A stretch of DNA of 64,000 bases. Origin: Anaerolineae bacterium (GTDB lineage Bacteria; Chloroflexota; Anaerolineae; S140-20). The translations under genes and the position numbers were made by a program. The notes below the pieces were generated by a model, which was not told the origin of the DNA, made no database searches, and was given only the letters and a program-made list of their open reading frames with translations. This document shows, in pieces, positions 17,501 through 27,600 of this stretch. The stretch's first letter is position 1; every line of letters begins with the position of its first letter. The stretch is taken from NCBI GenBank assembly GCA_027021705.1, contig JALUTT010000164.1:1-64000 (forward strand), read 5' to 3'.

Positions 17501-17571
17501 GGGTGATCGCCGTCGGAGACGACCTCTACGTCGCTGCGCAAAACGGCGGCCTGCTGATCCTGCGCCGGTAG
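14521..17571 (+). CDS. Membrane-anchored protein: PT linker, TolB/PD40-like propeller, LVIVD-repeat propellers
   Basis: N-terminal TM and PTPTPT linker, WSPDGRKIAF/WSPDGERIAY motifs, and ~14 repeats of VAVAGDYAYVA..GLRVVDVSDP. Confidence 0.88.
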   Translation: MMQRTIRFWKGLDPISQLLLGCSGLAVLLFCVLAGLALVVLGRSFLEEQPPEATAIVAQKTIPPTQPSALPPTSTPTPTLPPSPTPTPTPSPTPTSPPPTLVWESRIAYTANGIWVTDEGGNGPVQLVQEGNNPIWLADGRHVAYTFSGEVRIVRRGGAAGETVWRAPLNPRVGSPQFMRLRWSHDGRGFFVQWFSGAGAIPLPGFPLTYVDLSTLEMVEIASAEEVDQFDVSPVDGRIAFVEITPSWTTALSVMDADGRNRRQILALREGGGISEWGPPIRAPAWSPDGRKIAFYLSESGNLSDEATLCTINADGNDLRKLRRVRLTAPDVSFLDSWIYNGWIAWSPDGERIAYVDNGWIWTIPADGRGEPDRLVQGSTPTWALVPITLTIRPETRQQGETAKRPRDRGGGFGGVKAAPADRGRPLPAPAPGQPFQWVGRIGGTTIAVAVQGDYAYIGEGPGLTILKVSEPARPQVVGRTPPLPGFVRDVDVVGEYAYVAAGKGGLRVVDISDPAQPTEVGASATGGDAWGVAVVGDYAYVADRRAGLRVVQVSDPTRPTEVGLYVTPGQAKDVAVAGDYAYVAADFAGLRVVEVADPTHPKEVGFYNTGGPAEGVAVVGDHAYVAASWAGLRVVEIADPLHPREVGAYQGTGFIWGVTIAGDRAYLATAWDGLQIVDLSNPAWPRPMGTYDTPGLAHRVALAGDRALVADGWAGLRVIQVADPTRPAEVGFYDGPDRISDVAVAGNYAYVADEYGGRLWVVDLSDPGRPVVVGSDDTPQYARAIVLAGDDLYVADGDAGLRVVDVSDPAHLKEVGRSSTTAPAWRLAVAGNYAYVANGFWSLQVMDIASPDHPREVGTYETFDQALDVAVRGRYAYVATGFSGLHVVDISNPTRPRAVGTAQAGVAQSVTVAGDYAYVAAQDGGMWIVNVANPARPRPVGSFDTPGPAHDVAVVGGSAYIAEGEGGLRVVDVSNPARPREVGTYAVAGEAARVIAVGDDLYVAAQNGGLLILRR

Positions 17572-17721
17572 CTGGGGAGATTTGACGTAGACTTGAACGG
17601 CTAGGGCTGCAGGAATCGTGTGAGGAGATGGCAAGCGTGTCATGATCATTGGCTCAACGTCGCACCAATAGGCTAAACGCCAAAATTCCAAAAGAAACCA
17701 TTTTACCCCAGGAGGGCAGAA

Positions 17722-20700
17722 GTGTACCGCAAATTCAATACTCTTAGTGGGATCATTGTCCTAATCTCCCTGATCAGCTTGGCTGGACTGTTCTCACTTC
17801 CTAAACATGCTTCCAGCCAAGAAATCAAATCAGCCTCCCTTTTCTTCCAGCGGGAACACCCGCCTATAAAGAGACCCTACGAAATCTCATTGCGCTCTCG
17901 CCAATTCACGCCTCAGGCAGGCGTTGAACCAGCCCTCGTCCAAAGCGAAATACGCATGGCAGGCTCTAAAGAGGGACGTATCCACATGCTCTTACAACTT
18001 TATGACGCTCCTACACCTGATGACCTGGCCAAGCTGCGCTCGGAGGGAATCGAGTTGCTCAGTTACGTACCGCACAATGCTTGGTTTGCCTCAGCACCTG
18101 TCAATGACCTGACAACAAAGCTAGCAAGCTCAGCCTTGGCAGACATCGTACGATGGGCTGGGATCATTCGACCCGAAGACAAAATGCCGGCAGACATATG
18201 GGACGGCCGAATCGGCAGCTGGGCCGTTACCGAGGATGGATATGTCCGACTGGCCGTGAGTTTCTTTGACGACGTTTCCCTAGAAGCAACTGATCCCATC
18301 ATCACCCGGTATGGCGGGATCATAGAGGGCAAAATCACTCACTCAAACAAAGTGTTGATCCTCCTGGAACCCGACAAAATCCGTGCTATAGCATCGGAGG
18401 ATGTAGTACGCTGGTTAGATCAGGTGCCCCCGCCGCCGACCACCAGCAACGACGGTATTCGGGCCGCAGTCAATGCTAACCAGATACAAGCTGTGCCTTA
18501 TGGCCTCTCCGGCCAAGGTGTAACCATCGGTATTTGGGACGGCGGCGCGGTGGACTGGAACCACGATGATTTCAAACGCCCTGATGGCACCTCACGAGTC
18601 ATCAGCCGAACGCACTACCCTATTGCTGATCATGCCACCCACGTGGCTGGAACAATGGGTGGTAACGGAGCTAGAAGCCAGGCTGCAGGGGGAACCGATC
18701 GCCAATGGCGTGGTATAGCACCCAACGTCGCTATTGTATCTTATGATTTCGACGACCCAATCAATGATTACAATGAGGCTATCCAAACTTACCACATTGA
18801 CCTATCCCAGAACTCGTGGGGACGGTGTATAGCCGATACGTATATTGGCAATGGTCCCTGCGGAGACTATTCAATATGGATTAGTAATTGTAGTGATTAC
18901 GGAGATTATCGCTATCTGGCTCCCGATTTTGACCGCATCGTCACTGAGCAGCGTATTCCCATAATCTTCGCCGCAGGCAATGAGCGGGATGACGAAGACT
19001 GTGGAATGGATCCCCACCAGCCCTTCATCAACTACCATACTGTCACACCACCGGGTTCTGCGAAGAACACTATAGTGGTTGGAGCCACTAACTCCGAGGA
19101 CGACAGTATGACTTCATTTAGCAGTTGGGGACCTGTAGACGATGGTCGCCTGAAACCGGAAGTCGTCGCTCCCGGCTGTGAGAGGGAGCCCATCAGAGAC
19201 AACAATGTATATACACGGACGATCTGGTCTACCTTACCGGGAAACAGATACGGTGGGATGTGTGGTACTTCAATGGCCGCGCCCGTCGTGTCAGGCATCA
19301 GCGCACTGCTGATTGAGCAATACCGTAGGACGTATGGTGACAATCCCTGGCCCTCCACAGTCAAGGCCCTGTTGGTGCAATCGGCTCACGACCTGAACGA
19401 TGGAACAAGCTGGTACAATCCAGGCCCTGATTACGCTTCTGGGTACGGCTTGGTTGATGCGAAAGCCGCTGTAGACCTGGTACGTGCGCAGGCAATTCGG
19501 CAGGACACCATTGACGTGGATGACGAGATTGATGTCTTTTCTGTATGGGTTATGACAGGGACTACCCAGGTCAAATTCACCCTGGCATGGGACGACCCAG
19601 CTGCGGTCGAAAATGCTAACTCCACCCTGATCAACGATCTCGACTTGTTAGTGATTGATCCGAACGGGGACTCGTATCACGCATGGGTCCTCGAACCTAT
19701 GACTCCGACCCTTGATGCGACGACCGGATGGAATGACAAGGATAACCTAGAACAGGTGCTTGTATCGGATCCAACCGGTCTGCCCCCTGGAAAATGGGAG
19801 ATATGGGTCTGGGGATGGGACGTGCAACAGGGGCCTCAAGATTACTCGCTGGTATCTGAGATGCTCTTTGACATCTTGAAGCCGCGAGGAGATGGACAAG
19901 TTTACGCAGGCCCGGCATCCAGCCCTCAGAAAATCGTCATAGAGACCACCAAGCCCAGAGGTGGACTGGATACAAGCCAATTCCAAGTAATGATCGGCAA
20001 ACAACCGGCCCGGATTCTGACTCTCTACGAAGGGAGTGATCGGTACGTGCTTGAAGTGATGCCGGCCTCGCCCCCCGCCAACGGTAGCTACGATCTCTCC
20101 GTTATGATCCCTGCAGCCTCGGTCTGGAATGTTAAAGAAGAAGCTGTCCTGTTTGCCGACGTAGCGAACGTAGATGTAGTTCTCACCATTGATCGCTCAG
20201 GAAGCATGGGCACTAGTAAAATGGAAGCAGCCAAGGAAGCCGCCAAGCAGTTTGTGGACCTGATGCAATACGGCGATATGGTCGGCGTGGTGAGTTTCGA
20301 CGACCTGGTTGAAACGAACTTTCCCCTGACCACGATTGAGCCCCCCCCTTCTGTTCCTCCTGCCTTCCACGATGATATGGAAGCAGGCACAAGCAACTGG
20401 ATTGCTGATACCCCGTGGGCACTAACGACGGCTTCGTCCTTCAGCCCCTCTCACGCATGGACGGATAGTCCAGGCGGCAACTACGAGAACAACCTGAACA
20501 TCTCTTTACAGACTGCTACTCCCATCAGTGTTTCTAGTACGATTATTACCCCGGTTCTCCGCTTCTGGCACCGGTATGAACTTGAGCCGTGGGATGATCG
20601 AGGATATGTTGAAGTATCCACCGATGGTGGCAGTAACTGGATACACCTAGTTACTTTCACGGGGATCAATCCCACCTGGCATCAAGTTGAGTTGGACCTC

Positions 20701-22557
20701 AGCAACTACAAAGGGCAGTACATTCTTGTCCGGTTCCGGCTCTCAACGGACTCCAGCACAACGTACGATGGCTGGTACATTGATGATGTGACGATAGGCC
20801 AAAGTAACGCCAATGCCAAAACATGGGCTAAAGACGCTATTGATTCGCTTTACAGCCGAGATATGACTTCCATTGGCGGCGGGTTGCAGCGTGCCCAAGA
20901 ACAGCTATCCACGCGAGGTAATGCGAACCATCCTTGGGCCATCGTTCTGTTGAGTGACGGTCTGGAAAACAGGACGCCCTATGTCATAGATGTGCTACCT
21001 ACCATCAAGGCCAGTAAGACAGTGGTGCATACGATTGGACTTGGTTCAGATGCCGACGAAGCTTTGATGCTGGATATTGCCTCCCAGACCGGAGGTACCT
21101 ACAACTTCGCTCCCACCCCGGAGGAACTCTCAAGAGTTTACAACACGATTGCTGGTACAGTCGCTGATCGCCAGACCCTGCTCGCCATAACAGGCATTGC
21201 CCAACAGGGGGTAACAGATCAGATAGATGTCGTCGTGGATTCAACGATATCCGAGGCAACCTTCTCCATAAGCTGGTCTGATAGCAACAGTACCCTTGAC
21301 CTGGAACTCCGCAAACCGAATGGGGATATCATTGATCCCACAGTCGCCGCAAGTGACCCGAACCTTGAATATGTAGCGGGTTCAACGTACCGGTATTACC
21401 GCATCAAGAAACCCGCCCTTGCCGTCGGTGTGTGGCAAATGCAAGTCACAGGAGGATTGATCTCAACATCTCAAGAGGAAGGTTACACCACTCTGACCTC
21501 GGGTGAGCCCTATGTGGCGCGCGTCACCGCCCAGACGAGCTTGACCATGCGATTCTACCTTGACCGCGATAGCTACCTCACGACTGAACCGATCAAGCTT
21601 ATCGCGACTTTGTCGGATGATCAGCCTATCTTGGACGCTACAGTGACCGTCTCAATCCAACCACCCTCTCAGGCCGCCTACGCCATTAGGTCGAGCCAGT
21701 GGGTCGAGACCAACGGCGACACCATACCCGACCCGGCAAAGGCTGCCGAGATTCAAGCACGATTTACCCAAAGGACCACGTCGGTAACCCTGTATGATGA
21801 CGGTCTACACGATGATGGTGAGGCCGACGATGGCGTATATGCTAACGCCTTCGGTGGGACATTCGACCCGGGGACTTACACCTTCTACGCATCGGCAAGC
21901 GGTACGTCCAATATAGGTGAAGCGTTCACCAGACAATCGGACATCGCAACATACATCGCTCCGAACCCTTCCCCGAATATCCATCAGATTTTCCTGCCTA
22001 TGGTGACTCGCAATCTTGCCGGAAGAGCTGTCTACAATTGGCTCGATGCCACTGCCGGCGGCACCATCGTGGCAAATGGTGATGACACCTATGAATACGT
22101 TGACCTCCCGTTCGCCTTTAGCTTCTATGGCAACACCTATACGGGACTGTACGTGTCCTCAAACGGGTTCGTCAGCTTCGGCTCGGGATACGCTACTCAC
22201 AGAAACCATTGCATTCCCAGCGCCAGCGCTCCCAACAACGCTATCTACGCTTTCTGGGACGATTTGACACCCACGGGCGGCAGTAATGGCAATGTTTACG
22301 TGAAACAGATTGACAGCGATACTGTCGTCATCGAATGGTATCGTGTCAGGAAGTACGGCACTGCTGACTACCAGACGTTCGAGATTGTTCTGAGAAGTGA
22401 CCACTCAGCGACCCTGCAGTACCAATCTGTGAGCAATACCGACTCGGCGACAGTAGGTGTGGAGAACGCCACGGGTACGCTTGCCCAGCAATACATCTGT
22501 AACGGCACGGGGACACCTCCCACCAACCGGTCGGCGATCCGGTACACAACTCCGTAA
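17722..22557 (+). CDS. Secreted S8 subtilase with vWA (jelly-roll insert), choice-of-anchor-X-like domain, internal FLPMVTR motif and terminal beta domain
   Basis: GGAGG RBS, GTG start and signal peptide. Catalytic triad motifs IWDGG, DHATHVAGT and GTSMAAP. MIDAS DRSGSM and LLSDG. LYDDGLHDDGEADDGVY. Confidence 0.92.
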   Translation: MYRKFNTLSGIIVLISLISLAGLFSLPKHASSQEIKSASLFFQREHPPIKRPYEISLRSRQFTPQAGVEPALVQSEIRMAGSKEGRIHMLLQLYDAPTPDDLAKLRSEGIELLSYVPHNAWFASAPVNDLTTKLASSALADIVRWAGIIRPEDKMPADIWDGRIGSWAVTEDGYVRLAVSFFDDVSLEATDPIITRYGGIIEGKITHSNKVLILLEPDKIRAIASEDVVRWLDQVPPPPTTSNDGIRAAVNANQIQAVPYGLSGQGVTIGIWDGGAVDWNHDDFKRPDGTSRVISRTHYPIADHATHVAGTMGGNGARSQAAGGTDRQWRGIAPNVAIVSYDFDDPINDYNEAIQTYHIDLSQNSWGRCIADTYIGNGPCGDYSIWISNCSDYGDYRYLAPDFDRIVTEQRIPIIFAAGNERDDEDCGMDPHQPFINYHTVTPPGSAKNTIVVGATNSEDDSMTSFSSWGPVDDGRLKPEVVAPGCEREPIRDNNVYTRTIWSTLPGNRYGGMCGTSMAAPVVSGISALLIEQYRRTYGDNPWPSTVKALLVQSAHDLNDGTSWYNPGPDYASGYGLVDAKAAVDLVRAQAIRQDTIDVDDEIDVFSVWVMTGTTQVKFTLAWDDPAAVENANSTLINDLDLLVIDPNGDSYHAWVLEPMTPTLDATTGWNDKDNLEQVLVSDPTGLPPGKWEIWVWGWDVQQGPQDYSLVSEMLFDILKPRGDGQVYAGPASSPQKIVIETTKPRGGLDTSQFQVMIGKQPARILTLYEGSDRYVLEVMPASPPANGSYDLSVMIPAASVWNVKEEAVLFADVANVDVVLTIDRSGSMGTSKMEAAKEAAKQFVDLMQYGDMVGVVSFDDLVETNFPLTTIEPPPSVPPAFHDDMEAGTSNWIADTPWALTTASSFSPSHAWTDSPGGNYENNLNISLQTATPISVSSTIITPVLRFWHRYELEPWDDRGYVEVSTDGGSNWIHLVTFTGINPTWHQVELDLSNYKGQYILVRFRLSTDSSTTYDGWYIDDVTIGQSNANAKTWAKDAIDSLYSRDMTSIGGGLQRAQEQLSTRGNANHPWAIVLLSDGLENRTPYVIDVLPTIKASKTVVHTIGLGSDADEALMLDIASQTGGTYNFAPTPEELSRVYNTIAGTVADRQTLLAITGIAQQGVTDQIDVVVDSTISEATFSISWSDSNSTLDLELRKPNGDIIDPTVAASDPNLEYVAGSTYRYYRIKKPALAVGVWQMQVTGGLISTSQEEGYTTLTSGEPYVARVTAQTSLTMRFYLDRDSYLTTEPIKLIATLSDDQPILDATVTVSIQPPSQAAYAIRSSQWVETNGDTIPDPAKAAEIQARFTQRTTSVTLYDDGLHDDGEADDGVYANAFGGTFDPGTYTFYASASGTSNIGEAFTRQSDIATYIAPNPSPNIHQIFLPMVTRNLAGRAVYNWLDATAGGTIVANGDDTYEYVDLPFAFSFYGNTYTGLYVSSNGFVSFGSGYATHRNHCIPSASAPNNAIYAFWDDLTPTGGSNGNVYVKQIDSDTVVIEWYRVRKYGTADYQTFEIVLRSDHSATLQYQSVSNTDSATVGVENATGTLAQQYICNGTGTPPTNRSAIRYTTP

Positions 22558-22576
22558 CTTATTGTCATACAACGAG

Positions 22577-22609
22577 GGTGCCAGGGTGGGGATGCTCCAC
22601 CTTAGCACC
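22577..22609 (+). terminator. Stem-loop after the subtilase gene (no U tract)
   Basis: GGTGC-c-AGGGTGG...CCACCTT-a-GCACC imperfect stem ~20 bp after the stop codon. Confidence 0.35.
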
Positions 22610-22721
22610 GTGTTACCCTAAACCTATGCTTGCCTTCAGCCCCCTAACTCTAGTACGAAGCTGGAAATAGCTTACTCGGTCAGCAAAGTACCCTTTCAAG
22701 GAACGTGTGAGGAGGTTGGAA

Positions 22722-24035
22722 ATGAGGAGGCCACCCTTGATCTGCCTGCTGGGCGCTGTGCTAGTGACCTACTTATTCATAGGGATATGGAAGGCTACCC
22801 AGGCTCAAGGGAAAGTAGAGCACCAGCTTTGCATTGCCTTGGACGGCTCCGGAAGCATCTCAACTGATGACTTCGCCCTTCAAGTCACCGGCCTGGCTAA
22901 TGCTGTTGGGGATCCCTCAGTGGTTCCCCAAGATGGGTCCGTTGAATTCAGCCTCGTTCAATTCGGTACATCTGATCCAGAGGGTGCCCGGGTAGAAGTC
23001 CAGGCCGTGGTCATTGACAGTCCCCAGACCGCTTCAAGCGTCGTTGCCACCATCCGAGCGCTGGAGCAAGGTGGTAATGGTACACCTATGGACGCCGGAA
23101 TCGACCTGTGTACAGCCCAGATCACCGGTTCGCTTCATTTCGCCGACGCGCGCCACCAGGTCATTAACTTGTCTACAGATGGACAACCGACCGACAGAAC
23201 AGCCACCTTGGCAGCACGGGATGCAGCTGTAGCCGCCGGGATTGACGAACTGGATGCTGAAGCCGTTGGAACGAGTGCTGATGTGGACTTCCTGGCAACG
23301 TTGGTCTACCCCCAGCCCGGCACTGTTATTCCACCTGGAAGCTACTCACCTGGTTTCGTCCGCGTGATCAGCTCGTTCGCCGATTTTGAGGAAGCCATCC
23401 GAGAAAAACTGCGCTATGTTTTCCAATCAACTCCCACTCCTCCTCCCATTCCCCAGGCTTACCCCGTTTACCTCCCCCTCGTCGTCAAGCCGGCCGCCCT
23501 GCCCGACCTCATCGTCCGCTCCCTCACCGTCCAACCCTCCTCCCTTTGGGCCGGCCAGCCCGCCTCCATCACCCTCCTCATCGAAAACATCGGCACCGCC
23601 CCCGCCAACGGCCCCTTCTGGGTGGACCTCTACATCAACCCCGACCCCGCCCTGATGCCCCCCAAGACCAACCAGACCTGGGACCGGGCCGGCAGTCAGT
23701 TCGGCATCGCCTGGCTCATCACCCCTTCCCGCTCCCTCGCCCCAGGCGACCAGATCACCCTCACCTCTCAAGACTACGCCGACGACTGGAGCTTCTGGCC
23801 CGGCTACTTCACCCGCGTCGGCGACCAGGTCCTCTACGCTCAGGTGGACTCCTACAACGGCTCTTCCCCCTTCGCCGCCGTCGAGGAGTCGGACGAGAGC
23901 AACAACGCCTTCGGCCCGGTCTTGGTTCCCGTCGTCTGCCCTGTCACCTTGGGCGAGAGCTGCCTCCCCCTGGGAGACCAGGGCTTCGACCGGCCCTTCC
24001 GGCCCGCGCCCCGGCCTCTCCGGCCTCGACCTTAG
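22722..24035 (+). CDS. Secreted vWA (DUF1194-like) protein, internal VYLPLVVK motif, CARDB-like domain
   Basis: GGAGG RBS before ATG 22722. IALDGSGSI, GTPMDAGI and LSTDGQP (vWA). PDLIVRSL...IENIGTAPA...VDSYN...EESDESNN (CARDB). Confidence 0.88.
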   Translation: MRRPPLICLLGAVLVTYLFIGIWKATQAQGKVEHQLCIALDGSGSISTDDFALQVTGLANAVGDPSVVPQDGSVEFSLVQFGTSDPEGARVEVQAVVIDSPQTASSVVATIRALEQGGNGTPMDAGIDLCTAQITGSLHFADARHQVINLSTDGQPTDRTATLAARDAAVAAGIDELDAEAVGTSADVDFLATLVYPQPGTVIPPGSYSPGFVRVISSFADFEEAIREKLRYVFQSTPTPPPIPQAYPVYLPLVVKPAALPDLIVRSLTVQPSSLWAGQPASITLLIENIGTAPANGPFWVDLYINPDPALMPPKTNQTWDRAGSQFGIAWLITPSRSLAPGDQITLTSQDYADDWSFWPGYFTRVGDQVLYAQVDSYNGSSPFAAVEESDESNNAFGPVLVPVVCPVTLGESCLPLGDQGFDRPFRPAPRPLRPRP

Positions 24036-24492
24036 AGGCTGTCACCCTCCCGCAGGTCACGCGGTGCCCGGCGACAGCGATGGTTTATCGGAGGCTGCCT
24101 TGACGCGCTTCAGACCGTGGGGGGAATCTGCAGGCGGGTTAGCTTAGTAACGCTCTTGGAGGAAAGAACGATGGAGAAGAGAGGACTTCGATGGTTCGTG
24201 ATGATGGTCTTTCTGGCCAGCCTGCTGGTGGTAGGGCTTCCCGGTCGGGGGGCGGCGGCGTTGGGGGTGGGGGTGCAGTTGACGCCCCGCCCGACGGTGC
24301 CGCCGGGCACGGTGCCTCCGCCGACGCCCTGCCCGCCGACCTCGACGCCGGCGTTGGCTCCTTCACCGACGCCGGCCCCGCCGCTGCTCGCTTCGCCGAC
24401 GCCGACCTCGGTGGTCATCCTGCCCGAGGCCGGAGCTGCCCCGTCCGGTCCTGGGGTCTCGCTTCTGGTCGTCCTGGGCCTGCTGGCGGTGG
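23460..24492. repeat. ~1 kb direct repeat, copy 1 (partner 41173-42183)
   Basis: Near-identical DNA from the TACCCCGT(T/C)TACCTCCCCCTC codons (YPVYLPL) through CARDB, the intergenic region and most of the LPEAG gene. Confidence 0.95.
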
Positions 24493-24542
24493 TCGTCGGG
24501 TTGGCCTGGCGATGCCAATGGCGGGCAAGAGGGACTGTCTGA
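24171..24542 (+). CDS. Small sortase-type substrate: signal peptide, Pro/Thr stalk, LPEAG, TM, basic tail (copy 1)
   Basis: GGAGG RBS and ATG 24171 (MEKRGLRWF). LPEAG is followed by a hydrophobic stretch and RCQWRAR. The gene is duplicated at 41893. Confidence 0.82.
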   Translation: MEKRGLRWFVMMVFLASLLVVGLPGRGAAALGVGVQLTPRPTVPPGTVPPPTPCPPTSTPALAPSPTPAPPLLASPTPTSVVILPEAGAAPSGPGVSLLVVLGLLAVVVGLAWRCQWRARGTV

Positions 24543-24652
24543 GAAACCCCCTGAACCCGACTCCGGTGAGCTACCCTTATCGCTGGGCACTGCCCAACCT
24601 GCGGAGGATTAAGGGCATCAAAATACCTAAATCCACAGCGAGAGGTGAAAGT

Positions 24653-27600
24653 ATGAAGGGAGATGGAAAATTTTTCAGCATATTGCCTATCCTGCTAGTC
24701 CTGGCCTTGCTTGCGAGCGGAGCACTGACAGCGCGGAAGCCTCAGCCAGTCTCTACGCCCGCGTTGGTGACAGCAGCAGAGGGACTCCGCTCCTCCTCGG
24801 AGGGCTCCATCGCCACCCTCTCTCCACTCCCGCCCAGCGAGCAAGGAGAGGGTGCCAGAAGACAGAATGAGAGCACAGCCTCCGTGGACGAAGCCGTTCG
24901 CGCCCATGCTCAGAACCTACTCGATAGCCTCCCCCTCGACTTCATCCCCAACCAAGGACAGGTAGACGAACAGGTGGACTTCTACGTTAAGGGTCGTGAC
25001 AAACTCATTTACTTTACCCCCCAGGGCCTCACCTTCGTCCTCACCACCATCCTTGAAACGAACAGCACAGTCGGGATAGACAACATACTGAACCCCTCAT
25101 CACCACCCACCGCTCCTCATCCGCAATCTGCTACCCGCTGGGTCGTCAAACTGGACTTCGTGGACGCCAACCCCGACGTGCATCCCGTGGGCGAGGAGAA
25201 GACCGACACCACCGTCTCCTACTTCAAGGGCTCCCCTGACCAATGGCACACCGGCATCCCCACCTATCGCCGCATCGTCTACAAAGACCTGTGGCCGGGG
25301 ATTGACCTGGCCTTCACCGGCACGGTCAACGAGCTCAAGTACGAGTTCATCGTCCGTCCGGGAGCAGACCCGGACCGGATCCGTCTGACCTACCGAGGTG
25401 CGGAGGTGGTCCAGGCTGCTGACGGCTCTCTGGAGATCACCACCCCCGTCGGCGGCTTCACCGACGTCTCCCCCACCGCCTACCAGGAGATTGAAGGCCG
25501 CCGGGTGCCTGTGTCGGTGGCTTACGACCTGGCCCCCCCGGTCGCCGACCCGCAACCTGCAACCCGCCACGTACGATTCGCCGTCGGCCCTTACGACCCC
25601 ACCCGCCCGTTGGTGCTCGACCCCGCCATCTTGATCTACTGCGGCTACATCGGTGGCACGGGCGGTGACTATGGCCTAGGCATTGCCGTGGATGAAGCAG
25701 GAAATGCCTACGTTGTAGGCCAAACTTACTCCTCTGAAAGCAGAGGGTTTCCCGTGTCCGCCGGACCGGACCCGACTTTCAACGATGATGATGACCCAGA
25801 TGCTTTTGTCGCCAAGGTGCGAGCGGATGGGACAGGGCTAGACTACTGCGGCTATATCGGCGGTGCAAACGAAGACTCTGGCTGGGACATCGCTGTGGAT
25901 GGGGCAGGGAATGCCTATATCGTAGGCACGACTTACTCCTCTCCTAGTGAGGGATTTCCTGTGACCGTCGGGCCAGACTTGACCTTCAATGGCTCCAAGG
26001 ACGCTTTCGTCGCCAAGGTGCGGGCCGATGGAACGAGGCTGGACTACTGCGGCTACATCGGTGGGACAGATGAGGACTCCGGGTGGGGCATCGCCGTGGA
26101 TGGAGCAGGGAATGCCTACATCGTGGGCCGAACCTACTCCTCTGAAAGCGAGGGCTTCCCCGTAGCCGTTGGGCCGGATTTAACCTTCAATGGTGATGAC
26201 AATTCGGATGCCTTCGTCGCCAAGGTGCAGGCGGATGGAGCAAGGCTGGACTACTGTGGCTACATCGGTGGCATAGACAACGATCTGGGCTGGGACATCG
26301 CCGTGGATGAGATAGGAAATGCCTACATCGTGGGCACAACTTACTCCTCTTTCGGCGAGGGCTTTCCCGTGGCCGTCGGGCCGGACTTGACCTTCAATGA
26401 TGATGATGATGAGCCAGATGCCTTCGTCGCCAAGGTGCGGGCGGATGGAACAGGGCTGGATTACTGTGGCTACATCGGTGGGACAGACGAGGACTCCGGC
26501 TGGGGTATTGCCGTAGACGGAGCAGGGAATGCCTACGTTGTGGGTACAACTTACTCCTCCCCCGGTGAGGGCTTTCCCGTGGCCGTCGGGCCGGACTTGA
26601 CCTTTAACGGCCTCAAAGATGCCTTCGTCGCCAGGGTGCGAGCCGACGGGAGGTGGCTCGACTACTGTGGCTACATTGGCGGGTTGGATTGGGACGAAGG
26701 TCTCGGCATTGCTGTAGACAGGGTAGGGAACGCCTACGTCGCAGGCACGACTCACTCCTCCCCTAGCGAGAACTTTCCCGTGATCGTCGGGCCGGACCTG
26801 ACCTTCAACGGTGGCTACAAGGACGCTTTCGTAGCCAAGGTGCAGGCCGGCGGAGTAAGGCTCGACTACTGTGGTTACATTGGCGGCTCAGCTTCTGACT
26901 ACGGTTACGGCATCGCCGTGGATGGGACAGGAAATACCTACGTTGTGGGCACAACCGACTCCTCCCCCATCGAGGGCTTCCCAGTAACCATTGGACCGAG
27001 TCTGACCTTCAACGGCTACAGAGACGCTTTCGTGGCCAGGATATGGGCAGAGAGTGGATCAGGGCCCTTTATCCTCCCAGTGTATCCCGGAACTCACACC
27101 ATCAGCAACACTGTTATGCAAGGCGGAACAACTTACCGCTACTTCCGCTTGCTCGATTCGACCCACAACCCCATATCCAATGCCACTATCACCCTCAGCA
27201 CTGGCAGCACCGCCACCACTGATGCTCAAGGCTACTTCACCGCCACCATTGCCGCTGATTCTCTAGGAGGTGTCGGAAGCTACATGGTAAGCATTCAAAG
27301 CGTGACTTACGGAGGTCAAACTTATGATACCGCTGGGCAGCCTGCTTTTCCCGTTCAGGTCACCGATCGGCGCTATTCCTATGCTTGGAGCTATGGAGCG
27401 TCTACAAAGCTTAAAGGTGGCATCTCTGCCGGCCTTATCGCTTACCTGCAATATACCACCTCAGGTGGCATGGAACTCAAGCTAGATGAAAGCGACCCCA
27501 ACATCTCCTCAGATGACGTTGTTTCGATGAAAGAGGACTTCAGTGACGAGGTTGGCATCGGTGGCGGCATAGGGATTGAGGGAGAAGTAAATATCCTTAT

